64,000 nucleotides of DNA. Source: Geosiphon pyriformis uo1. Its lineage: Eukaryota > Fungi > Glomeromycota. The stretch spans positions 1-64,000 of the forward strand of contig JAAOMT010000273.1 of assembly GCA_016748015.1 (NCBI GenBank), given 5' to 3'. Shown in pieces: positions 38,701-51,210 of the stretch; the first letter of the stretch is position 1, and each line of letters opens with the position of its first letter. The position numbers and the translations under genes are program-made. The notes beneath the pieces were generated by a model. That model was not told the origin of the DNA. It saw only the letters and a list, made by a program, of their open reading frames with translations, and searched no databases.

Positions 38701-41700
38701 CAAAAATTTTGGATGCTTACAAAACAGGCAATATAGTTAGATTTTAGTTTTTGGTTGATAAGTGGGTCGATTTAGACTTTGACCAGACTGTAATATTCAA
38801 AAGTTCCTTGGGCAATGGTCATGACAGAGTATTGGTTGAACAATTACTAGCAAGTTTTAGGAAATTGTATAGGTCTTGCAAGTTTTTGGAATCTAAGGCT
38901 TTCAAGGACTCACGAATCCAGACAGCTATTGAAAAGCATATGGAAGCTTTTGTAGACAACAAAGGTCAAATGATCAGGAGTGTGTTAGAGAAGCCTTTCA
39001 GAAAAGTTACACTGAACCATCTGGTTGATAATGGAGATTTAATATTGGAGTCTGATTTGGTCAAGGGCAGAGTGGATTCAATTATGGAGAATTGGACCAA
39101 AAAACGTACAGTTAAACTTTCAATGCCTTCCCAATGGCAAGAACAATTTTCTCCTCTTAATCATGTTGATAATAGTGTGTTCTTTGGCATGATGAAGCAA
39201 ATTGATTTTGGTGAATTTTTGTTGGTGGTAAAAAATTTTCTGAATGACAAAGCTGCTGGTTTGTCTGGTATCTCTAACGAGATGTGGAAACACTGTGATG
39301 AGTCTGTTCTGGTCCTTTTTTTGTGCCTGTTCAACTTATGCTTGGTGTATGAATCTGTTCCAGATGCCTGGAGAGAGGCCTGGGTATCCATGATTCCAAA
39401 ACCTTATGAGTGGGATGGAGTTCTAATGAACACCAGGCCAATTGCTCTCATTAAGACCTCTAGGAAGATTCTTTCAAAAATTCTATCTGATCACATTTCA
39501 AAAGTCTGCAGCACACACAACATTCTGTGTGAAGACAATTTTTCAGTGCTGAAAGACACTTCTACTCAGTCCCCTATCTTTGTTGTTAGATCTGTTATAG
39601 AAGATGCTTTGGAAAAGGATAGGGAACTTTGGTTGGTACTTTAGGACATGCACAAAGCTTACAATTCGGTGGGTTGGTCACATTTGAAAGGTAGTCTGAA
39701 GAGAATTAAGATGTGTGAAAAATTCATCAGGTTTTTTGGTAGTATTCACAATGGCCACACAAACAGAGTTATGACAGACTTTGATCTGTCTAAAGGCTAT
39801 AAAGTACATGATGGTCTGGACTAGGGTGAAGTTTTTTCTCCTCTTTTGTGGAGGATTTTTTATGATCCTCTTTTGTGTGAAGTGAAAAAACATGAGTCAG
39901 TTTTTGGATATTGAGTTGATTCCAAATTTATAGCCAAGATGGGCAGAATTGAATCAAATGCTGGTTTGACTTCCTATTTGTCTGCTGGTGCTTTCATGGA
40001 TGATACTATTTGAGTCAGCAATTGTCTTACAGCAATGCAGAATATTTTGAACATTGCTAGTGAATTTTTTGGGTTAATAGATATATCAATTAATACTGAG
40101 AAGACAATTGCCATTTCTATTAATCCAAAGTCTAGCAACATCTCCTTGGAAGTGAGCAGGTCTCCAATTTCAATCACAAAGGCTGGCGAAGCTCATCAGT
40201 ATTTAGGTATTTTTCTGTCGACCAAGGGTCTTTCTGGTCCAAGTCTAAAGAAGACGAATTCAGATGTCAAGTTTTTCTCGTCCATGGTTTTGCGCAAAGC
40301 TATCACAGACAAGCAGTTCTCTTATTTGGTGTCAGCTGTTTTACAGTTCATAGTAGAATATAGGACTCAATTTAGCTTTGTCAGTAGGAGCACATGTGAG
40401 AAATGGGACCGTGTAATTAGAAAGAGGTTGAAGTCTAAGGCCAGTCTGCCTAGAGACTTTCCTAATGAGGCAGTGCACCATCCTTCCTTGTACAATTTGA
40501 AGCTCTTTGAGCAAGTTCAGGCAGAAGCAAAAGTCTCATCGGTGTTACAGTTTGTTAATGACGGTAGAGTGTTGGGCTGACTGTTCAGACATAGGTCAAC
40601 AGACTTGCAGGTTTTAGGCTGGGTTCCTCGAAATCCTCTTCGATCTCCTGTAAAGTTAATGGTCAACCTGATAAACAATTTTCTGGCTGGTGTCACAAAA
40701 ATTTTTCTACGTAATGAAGTTTCCCTAGTTAATAGTTTACCCAATGCTTTTCGTTTCAAGAGAGGTTTTCCTGTTCTGGATATTTTGGGCCAGACAATAT
40801 ATCTTCAGGTTTGCAGATTGCTGAAGCGTTTTAGAATCATGTTTGCAGACCAATTGCTAAACAGTCATGGGGAATGTTTTGATTAGAAGAATTTTTGCCA
40901 TTGGAAGTGTTTGGATCCCAGAGGCCCAGTTCCCTTGTGGTTTACACTGGTTTTGGGTTTTGTCAAGGATGGTGGTTTGGTTAAGGGTGCATCTCCCACT
41001 GTTGAGTCTCCTCTTAAATTGAACGTTTTGGATATGGACCACTTCAGTTTTGTCCATTCTAGTCTAAAAGATGCTTCTTTGCCAGTGATTTCAGTTTATA
41101 CTGATAGTTCTGTTAAAAACTTTGGTACTTCTGATGCTGTCGAAAGGGCTGCCACATATTTTTCTGATCTGGGTTTGCATATAGATGTGGAGGTTCACGG
41201 TCTGTTGTTATCTATCCTAGCTGAGATGCAGGCTATTGCGTTGGTGCTTGAGTGCATTCTGGCTTTTTCGGATGTTATAGTTCTCTCTAACAGCCAAGTC
41301 TTCTTGGATGCTTGTCAGGCTGAATCGAGTTTGGTGGCTCCGGATTTCTACAACAGATGCTGGGTTGAGCACTGTCATATCACCAATTTGGTCAAACGTA
41401 AAAACATTTTTGTTGTCTAAGTGAAGATTAAGGGTCACTTTGATGTGTTAGATAATGAGCACGCTGATTGTTTGGCTAATGCAGCCATGTCATCGGAACT
41501 TTTTCTTCCAGCAAACATCAAAGAGAATTTCTTATTGGCAGATGGTAGAGTGATTTCCAGCAAGGCACACCACTTTATTAGGATAGCAAATGATACTGTT
41601 AGGCGTTTTCAATGGGAATTTGGATCTGGTTCAAGTGTCATGGATTCTTTACAGATTGGAGACATAAATTGGTTTTGTACTGCATCAGTCTGGCACCCTG

Positions 41701-42509
41701 ATTCTCACATATTAGCTGAATATACAAGCAGAATCACTGTCAGTTTGTGCACATATTTGATGAAGGCTTTACACAGAAGGCTGCCAGTGGCTGTTAGGAA
41801 GTGTTTGTATAATCAAAATTATCCTAGTGTATCATGTATATGTTGCGGGGAGGTGGAATTTTCTAATTATAGTTTTACTTGTTGCTTGAATTTTTTGACA
41901 CATCAGGGCATCTTGTGTGAGCACTCCTCTCTTTGGAGATCTCTTACTAAGGCTACTTTGTCATCGTCTGTGGTTCTGCAGTCTCTGGTTTCTTCTGTTT
42001 CTAATAGTGATTTGTATACAGCTTTGTGCAAAGGTTTAGTGTTGGATGATTGGCTGACAGAAGCTAAGACATTCTTTGTAGATTCTAAGCTTGTGATGTC
42101 TAGTCTGGTCGAGTTCATTCGGAGTCTGGTTGTTGGCCATAGGGAGTAGATTTGAATACCCAATTCAAAACTTTGAGCAGAAATGGAGCAGCATGGATCA
42201 TTGGGTGTGGATGGATCTTTATGTAACATTGTCTGGAGTCTTCCTGCTAGGATTTCAGGTGGTGTTACTCATTTGCTGGGAGTAAATAAGGGTCATATGG
42301 TCAGCTTTGGCTTGAGTAGTAGCCATTTGTTTTTCACTAGTGCTGCTGGTGAAGTTATGGTAAATATAGTTGTGTAGTATAGCCTTGATTGGCTGAGTGG
42401 CTAGTCACATGTAGCAAGAGTGTGAATCATGTTTAATTTAGAACTTTAGATAGTTGTATTGTATTAGACAGTGATTGGGCTTCACTCGTTAAACTTAATA
42501 AAAAAAAAA
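35732..42509 (+). mobile_element. Full-length, inactivated non-LTR retrotransposon with RNase H: ORF1 (~35843-37702) and ORF2 (37699-42377: APE endonuclease, RT, RNase H, Zn finger)
   Basis: ORF1 has a CCHC-like GKCGHLGHLALEC. ORF2 has NVRGMN, TE, PTWSN..IDFI and DSD (APE); RPIALI, DMHKAYNSVGW, QGEVFSPLLW and AFMDD (RT); VYTD, AEMQAI and KIKGH..NEHAD (RNase H); CICCGEVE (Zn finger). It ends in the 3' tail and poly(A). Many premature stops. Confidence 0.95.
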
Positions 42510-43448
42510 TAATAATAATAATAATTTTTTATTTTTTATTTAATATTTAATATTTATTTTAATAATAAATTATTTAACAAACTTATATATATATATAATA
42601 ATTAAATTATTTGTAAAATATTACATTTTTTTTATATTAAAACACAATTTAAATCCAAAATTATAATTATAAATTCAGTTAAAATAAATAATATTATATT
42701 ATATTTCTTAATTTTTATATTATAATTTATATTTTTAAAAACTATAACAGTATTATTAAACTAAAATTTTTTATAAAATTATTAATAAAAAATTTTAAAA
42801 TAGTAAAATTACAAAAAACTAATTATTAATATTAAAATTAATTTATATAAAAAAATTAAGCATATTAATAAAAACAGATTTTATAATTATATTTTTTAAA
42901 TTTAAATTAATATTAAACTTAATAAAAAATTAATATAAATTTTAAATTTTTTTTTCTTAAATTTTTTAATTATATAGTTATTTTATTTTTTAAGTAGTTT
43001 ATTAAAACAATTTTCAGTTTTTTAAAATATTAAACTAAAACCAAATTTATTTAACATATATAAAATTAATATATTTATATTATAATTAAATAAAAAAACA
43101 TTAATATTTTTTATAGTAATTTTAAACTTATTATATTTGTTAAAAAATAATTAACAAAATTTATTACAATTAAAAAACTTTATATTATATAACATAAAAA
43201 TAAATTGTATATAATAATTAAAAACAATTATTATTAAGTAAATTATTTATTTATTTAATATTGTTTTTTACAAAACCAAATTGCCAAAAAACTTAATATT
43301 TAAATTTTTTATAAAATAATATACTTAATATTAATATAATTTATTTAACTTAATTATATAAATAAATAGATTATAAATATTTAAATATTTAAATTTACAA
43401 TTTTATTTTTAAAATTAATTAAAATAAAAAACTAAACTATTTTGAAAA

Positions 43449-45515
43449 ACTTTTTATTTTCTTAATTTTATGACAACAATTAAAATAAAGAATAAAAAGA
43501 GTGTAGTTAATACTTTTTCTTTAGTATTTTACAAAGTTTTAACCAGAAAAGCTTTTTTTGTTGTAGAAATAGCTAAACAAAATATTTTAAAAGCTTTTCT
43601 CTTAGTTAATAATAGTAAAAAACTGTTTTTAATAACTATTGCTATTATATTTAATATTATTAGTACTACTTTTTTAAAAATAGCTAAAATGGCCAAAAAT
43701 TCCAAAAAACAAAAGCAGTTACTTATTTATATTATTATTATACCAAACTTCTTTGTGGTTTCAGATAAAATTTTGAATAAAATCTTTATTGTATTATTTG
43801 GTATATTATTTAAAATAAGCCAAAATCAATCACTAGCTGTATTGTCAAATATAGTGTTTTTTAATAAATTATTACCAATTTTAAAAGCAAAACAACAGTC
43901 TTTTATTAGATTATTTGATTTTGAAAACTGGACTAATCAGATAAAAACTAATTTAATATCTTTTCTGGTTTCAAGTATTGTTACTGGTAATGCTTGGAAA
44001 ACTATTTCTAGTTGTCAAAAGTTTACTAGATAATTGGTCTTTATTCTGATGCCTAATACTATTTTTAAGATTAAATTGACTTATATTAAGACTGTTTTTC
44101 AATCTATATATAGTTTTTTGGATGCAAAATTTATGTTAAAAGACAATATAAAGCTTTTTTATATGAAATTTGTTTCTTAAAAGTTTTTGAGAACTGCTTT
44201 TTTGGTTGAGCTTACAAGTTTTATTTATTTGGTTATTCTTAAAATTATTAAGTTTTTGGTAGTTTATAAGACTAATTCTTTTTTTGCTATTGTTATACTG
44301 CATAATATGTTTTTGAATGTGTTTGCTGTTAACATTAAGACAGTTTTTGGTATGTTTAATAAGATTGTTTATATGATATTAAAGTTTATTAGTGTTTGGT
44401 AATATATAATTATTTATTTTATTATATTAAACTTTGTTATATCTGTTTTGAATTATTGGTTGGTTTTGGTAAGTAAAAATAAAATTAAGATTCTTTTTTT
44501 GATAAATTAAAATAAGACTATTCTGTTTTATAATAGGTTTAAGACCAAATTGGTTAATTTTTTATTTGGCTGTACTGTTTTTAAAATTAGTAATATGATT
44601 TTTTAGATTGGTAATCAGACATGTTTTATTTTTTATTTTTTTAATTTTGGTTATTATTTTCAGTTTGTTCTAGTTATATTTAGATTTTAAATTAATTTAG
44701 ATATTACAGTTATCAAAACTAATATGCTAAAGAAGTATTATATCTAATAGAAAATTTCTAAAAATTAGCACTGTTTTTGGTATTAGAGTTTGAATTATTT
44801 GGTTTTGAATTGTAAGATGTTTTTACTTCTCTCTTTTAAGATTTTTAAGACTTTTATCTCTTATATTATTGAAAATAAATTTTATGTTAGAGCTGTTGCT
44901 TCTGTTTTTTTTTAACTTCTTGTTTTTTGGTTGGTTTAGTTTTTTCTGTTAATATAATAATTAATAATTCTATGGTTTTTTCTTGGTTAGTCTCTTTGGA
45001 ATCTAATTAGCCAAGCTCTTTATTCTGGTTTAGTCTATTATTAAGCCAATTGGTTTTATAATTATTTTGTTTAAACAATTTATTAATGAAAATTTGGTTT
45101 TAAGTAATGCTTTTAATTTTAGAATCAATAAAATTTTGGTATATATAAGTACTTTTAGCAAGGTTATTAATAAGCTGGAATAAAAAGTAGATGTTTTGAA
45201 AACTGAATATAATTATGAAAACATTAATATGTTTGGTCCCTATGTAAATTATTTGCTATTGATGATAATATGTTTTTAATTTGATGTTACTTTGGAAATA
45301 TAAATTTGTTGCTGTAAAAACTAATGCCTTGAAAACGACTAAGTAACTGGTTAAATTGGTTAGTAATAATGCTATATTGTTTAAAATTATTTAAAAAATA
45401 TTTTTTTTGGGTAAGTTTTCTTTTAAGATATCAATATTGTATAGTTTAAACTAATTTAAATACCTAATTATATATAAAAAGCATGTAAACTACATTTAAT
45501 ATTGAAATACTTAGT
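43449..45515 (+). mobile_element. ORF1-only element, copy B (heavily C>T/G>A eroded; different C-terminal subfamily)
   Basis: Same 5' start as copy A (..TTCTTAATTTTATG) and colinear with 14114-15700 apart from an internal deletion near 43650. The stop at about 45441 is followed by an eroded version of the shared 3' tail. Confidence 0.82.
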
Positions 45516-45553
45516 TTTTTTTTGATTTTTAAATAGTGGTTAGACCAGATTCA

Positions 45554-46420
45554 TTGTTACAGATGATTATTTGAGATGTTAGAATAAATAACAAACTCAT
45601 AACTTAGTGCTTAATAGCTGTTAATAATAGTAATTTCTGAAGGTTTTTAGATATCTAAAAATTTTGGTTGAGTTTTTTGTATAATAAACAGAAATTTAAT
45701 TGATGATTTCTTTCATGAATTTTTTTTTCCAGCATAATAACCAGTTTAATTTGGCAGTTATGTTTTTCTGATAAACTATTATTTTTTCTGAGTTTATTAT
45801 TCTTGTTTCACAGATTTTTTATCAAGTTATTTTTAATGTTAATATTTCAGCACTTAATATTTTTAATTAATTAGTAAACAACAAAGAAGCAAAATAAAAA
45901 AAATAAAAAAAATAAAAAGAAAATAAAGAAAAAAAATAAAAAATTGGTATTTTGTTAATAATTATAATTAAAAACTATTGTTTAGTGTAGTTAAGTGGTA
46001 GATATTATTAATATAAGTCGCTGATTGAATTGGAGAACAGTAATATTAATTTAATAATATGAATAACATAAATTGGATAATAAATGATAATTTTATTTAA
46101 TATTTAGATAATTTTACTTTAAAGTATAAAAAACTAACTTTTAAAAGAAAAGATATTTTATTATTTGTTGATTGGAACTTGTCTGAATTTAATTGATTAC
46201 TTTTTTTGTTTTACTGTTATATATATAATTTTTATTATATAAAATTTTAAAAAATTTTTTAATTTCTTGAAAATAATTCTGAAATTCTGGAATTCTGAGA
46301 TTTTGTAATTCCTGTTTAAAAAATTTTTGGAATTCTCTACTTTACTATATCTAATTCCTATTGGCTATTTTTTCTAATTATTATGATTCTTATTTTCTAT
46401 AAGTAATATTGTTAAATCTT
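45554..46420. repeat. Unassigned degenerate interspersed repeat, copy 1
   Basis: 45554-46248 aligns by eye with 62308-63011 (TGTTACA..AAATAACAAAC..CTTGTTTCACAG..AAACAACAA..TATATAAAATTT). Confidence 0.75.
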
Positions 46421-46736
46421 AATTAAAAAAATAAAAAACTAAATAATAATATTCAAAATATTTTGTATAATTATATAATTATTGTTAATCTAAATTGTAT
46501 TATTAACAAATATTTTAATTACAAAATATGTAATTAAATTCAGATTTTATTGTTATTTGTTTGTTTTATTAACAAATTAAATATTTATTTAATATTTATA
46601 TAAATTTTTACTTTTTTAATTTTATAAAAAAATTTATTCTAATTTAATCTATTATAAATTTTGTATTTATTAAATAATTAAAATCTGTTAATTTTATTAA
46701 AATAAATATAACTAAAAAAAAATATATTTATAAAAC

Positions 46737-46744
<8 letters not shown>

Positions 46745-46767
<23 letters not shown>

Positions 46768-49700
46768 CAAGTACAATTTAATTACTATTTAGTATACAGA
46801 ATCAAGACTATAGATTTTAACTAAATGTAATTTACACTTTTATTATATATAACCAGTTATTCAGACTAATCAAAACAATACTAAGCTCCAATATAAACTG
46901 TTGCTTTACTACTTAGACCAGAAAAAACAAGCAAAGTTTACAAAAACCAAAACTAACTCTAAAAAACTTCTTAATACCAATTAATTAAATTACTTCATTT
47001 GACAAACCTAATACCAAATCATAAAACATAACCAGCACTATCTTAAAATTACTGCCCAAACCACTTTTTTTATATCTACTCTGTATTTGGATCTGAACTT
47101 TCACAAATTAGAACAATACTATTTACTTAAACTATATACAAAGTTAACCAAAATTTGGGCAGCTTTTTTATGATTCTATACAGTTTTATTATATTAACTT
47201 ATAAGCACAAAGCCTTAGCAAAAAAGTACATATAAGTTAATATTAAATAAAAAAAAAAAAAAATTTCACAATTATAGAAAGTGACAGAAGATAAAATTCA
47301 ACTAAAGACTTCTAAACCAAAATTCAGTGAAGCAAAATTTTTTCACAAGAGTTAAACTTTTTAGAACAGATAAACACATGATCTGAAAACTCAATCTTTT
47401 TATACTGTAAACACAAAACATCTGAATATTTTTTGTCAAAAGTCTTTTTTTAATAGCAATAAGCAGTCTTCTATAAACAACCTCTATGAAATATATATGC
47501 AAATTTGTTGAAGTCTTATTTGTTAAACTTAACAACATATGTGAATTTAAATGCCAAACTGTAACAGTCTGAATTCAATTAATTTTATGAACTAAAAACT
47601 TATTCAATATTTTGGAATTGAATCTATTCTTCCAACAGACATAACTTATTAACTTATATATGTTTTAAACAAAATGACAAATATTACCAAACACCAGCAA
47701 ACTATTAGCCTTAATATAGTATTCACATATATTACTAGGCAACAACAGAGAAAAATGAGCAGCTTTACTTATTAAAGCATCTGTACAAATATTATCCAAA
47801 ATATTTAAATGTTTTTTAATCTTTGACCAAACCATTGAAAAATCTTTATTATTGACCAAGTTTGCAATATGCCTCCTTTTTATCCAATAATAGTTTCGAA
47901 AAGCAGGATCTAACATTTTCAATTCTGAAATACATGTATCTATGATAGTCTAATTGTTCAAGTGCACAATTACAGCACAAAAAAAGAACACACATTCCAA
48001 AACCAAAGTAACAGCTTATAACTTAATTATCATTAATAATAACAAACTATTAACTCTAATTTCAAGACCCAAATTAACTTCCAAAAAGTATGCAACAGCC
48101 TTATTAGCCACAGCAGAAAAACCTAATTCCTTTAAAAATTTATCTGTATACACAATAAATGTACTTAATTAGATTTCAAGAAAACATTTCTTTAAAACTA
48201 AAAATTAATCTATTATTATTAATATTTGCCTATCTTTTAACAAAATAATTAAACTTAAACTTATTACAACTTCTTATGATCTTAGCAATTAGTAATTTCA
48301 ACCTAAAAAATATTGATAACTATTTGTTTTTTAAGCAATTAAACTTACTGTATTAATGTTTAAAAAACACTATATTAGCCAATTCTACTACCATATTTTT
48401 TAGCACTTTTTATATTATATTTAAGTTATTCAGATCTTTTATATCCTTGAATTAACAAATTTTTACTAAAAGCTTTACAAAAAACACTTTTTAAAACATA
48501 TTTATTTGGCATTATTCACATTTTAATCTTAAACTTCCAATATTTTTTATTTGCTTGTTTATAAATACTGTTTAGATAAATATTTAACAGATTTTTTAAG
48601 CCAACCAAAACTGTAATTAGTATTATAAAAGTTAAATACTAAAACAATTTCATGATTTGCAATTGCAAATAATAAACTTTTACTCAAAAAAACATAATCA
48701 ATAATTTTTTTTTTATCTTTTATATTGCTTCAAATAAAGGTTTTGGCCAAAAAGTGTCTACTAAATAAATTAACCAATTCTAAATCTAAGCAAAACTTAA
48801 AACTTGCACTTTTTTTAGACTTATTTTCATTAAAATTTTTACTTAAAACCACAAAAGTGCTAAAGTTAACTGTTTTAGCAATAAGAAAATTGATTTTTAT
48901 TACTTAACCAAATTTAGTTTCAGCAAAAACACCAATATACAAACACAAAATTGTGATTGAAAATTTTTTCTTAAATAAAAATTGAACTAAGATAAAATAA
49001 CCAGAAATTTTTTTTATTTTTAAAACATAATAAGCCAAAAAACTGTTTATAATTACTGTTATACTAACACCAAAAAAATCTGTATTCAAATCAGACTTAA
49101 AAACACATACTTTATTAAACTTGTTTATAATCTATGACATAATATTAGACTTTAATTTTATTTTTATAATGACAAAAATTGTGTTATTTAAATTTATATG
49201 TTAATAAACAATATTTTTCTGCTTGGCAAAAATATTAATATTTTAAATATTGTATGTAGCAATTTTTCAAACCAAATCAGTTATTGATAAAAAAAAAGTG
49301 GTTAAACTCAAACCAATATTTTTTACTTTGACCAACAGACTCATAATTATATTAAACAAATTATTTATGCTTACTTTCAATCTAACAATGTCCTTAAATG
49401 AAGAAAAAATTTCTTTTATTACAGTTTTATTACTAATAACTATATTCAAACTTTTACTTATTGTTGTATTTACTTCTTAATTCTACAATAAAAAAGTTAT
49501 TAACAGTTAACATTCAGAACATGATTGTAAAATTATCAGTCCAAGTGCATTTAATTTTTCTGCCAACTTATTAATTTGTTTTGTAAAACCAGTAAAACTG
49601 TATTTAAAAATTGCAAACTTATTATTAATATTCAATATAACCAGCAAAGAAAGTTTCTTTTTTGAAAAGATACTAACTTTTAATAAGCCATTTTGCTTAT

Positions 49701-51210
49701 TAAAAAAAAAAAAAAACCATTAACAATTTTTGTCCAAAATATATCACTAAAAGACATTAAATAAACAATAAAAGCTAATTATTTAACATAAATAATTGTT
49801 AGTTTGCTTTTATTTGTCTTTAACAAAATTCTTTAAAAAAAACTGTTCACAAAAACTTTTTTATTAACAAAGCAACTAATTGATATATAATTTAATTTTT
49901 TATATTTGGTATATTTAATCATGTTTAAGCAAAACCAGTACAAATTAGTGTTTCTTAAAACTGGTGTAGTTTTTATAACACTATTTAATAAGTTAGCAAA
50001 ATTAAAACAAACCACTACATATTTGGTCTAAACATATATAATTGAATAACAATTAATTACATATGTTTTCTTATTTACAGATCTAAATAAGTTCTAAATA
50101 TTATAAGTATTTGTTTTTATCAATAGTATATAAAGTAATGTTCTATTATAGTTTTTTATGTTTTATGTTTTTTTGCCTATATTAATCTTAGCAACTCTTA
50201 CAATATTTTTCTTGATTAAGATAAACCATTTTGCTATAGCTAAATTAGCATAATCAGATTGTCTAAATTTCATTATAGCTTTCTGTTATATTCTTATTAA
50301 CTGTATTTTGATTAACTTAATTATTTCAAATTTAGATAACACAATATACACAGTCTTAGTTAATATTCTAATTGGTATTTTCTTAACTATTACAGTCTGA
50401 TTTGATCATTTAACAGATTTTTTAAGATTAGTATTTATTAAAATTTTTGCATTCTTAGTTTTATTTAAAATCAGCACTAAGCTTGATTTGGAAATAAATA
50501 TCATTCTAATAATTTCAACAAATTTTAAAAAAATAAATACTTACCCAAAACTATTGATTTTTGAAAATAATTTCTTAATAACTTTAAGTTTTTTTTAAAC
50601 CAAATTTCTCTTAACTACTTTTAAATTTAAATTCAAAGCAAATAATTTCTTAATAGGTATTTAAACTAAGTATTTGAATAAAAAAAACAAACTGATTAGA
50701 TTGTTTTTGTTTTTGTTAAAAAAATCTATCTTGTTTAAAGACTTGTTTACTATTAACTTAGTAATCACTTTTTTGTTTTTGGAAGTTATGTTAATGTTTT
50801 TTCTACTAGTTCTACTTTTATTATTATAGTTTATATTAGTTTTTTTATTATATACTTATTTTTTATGTTTATACTTTTTAATTTAGTTGTGTTGTTTGTT
50901 TTCAACTTTTTTTTTTATTATCTGTAGATTTTTTCCAAAAAACCACAGATTTAGAGCCATTATTATCATTAATCAAAGCATTATTTTTGTATTTTTTTCT
51001 CAATAAAACATCACTTTTACCTAAATTAGTATTAATATTCTTAACTGTTTTTTTTATAATTACAATATTACTGTTACTAACAGTTTTATTGTCAAACACA
51101 AATGGTTTAAAAGTATTAAAATAAATAGTAAAAATAAATAGCAAACAAGAAATAAAGCCAAAAAAACTTCTTTTCAAAACACTGTTTTTTTAGGAATTTA
51201 AGATAAACAA
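46745..51210 (-). mobile_element. Heavily eroded LINE on the minus strand with the RT domain deleted
   Basis: The reverse complement gives, in order, a 5' motif (AATTCCTAAAA..TTTTGAAAAGAAGTTTT, as at 35752-35789), ORF1 remnants, APE remnants (48904-49089), RNase H (47665-48172), the Zn-finger region (47302-47538), the shared 3' tail and an A-rich tail. Confidence 0.85.

Noticed and set aside
35798-42377. Alternative genetic code or programmed readthrough explaining the in-frame stops
   Set aside because: The stops correspond to CGA, CAG and TGG codons hit by transitions, and the host genes use the standard code.
47302-51177. Short I/K/F/N-rich ORFs as host genes (also 8812-8994, 43470-44402 and 60628-62018)
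   Set aside because: They are mutated TE remnants or chance ORFs in AT-rich DNA.
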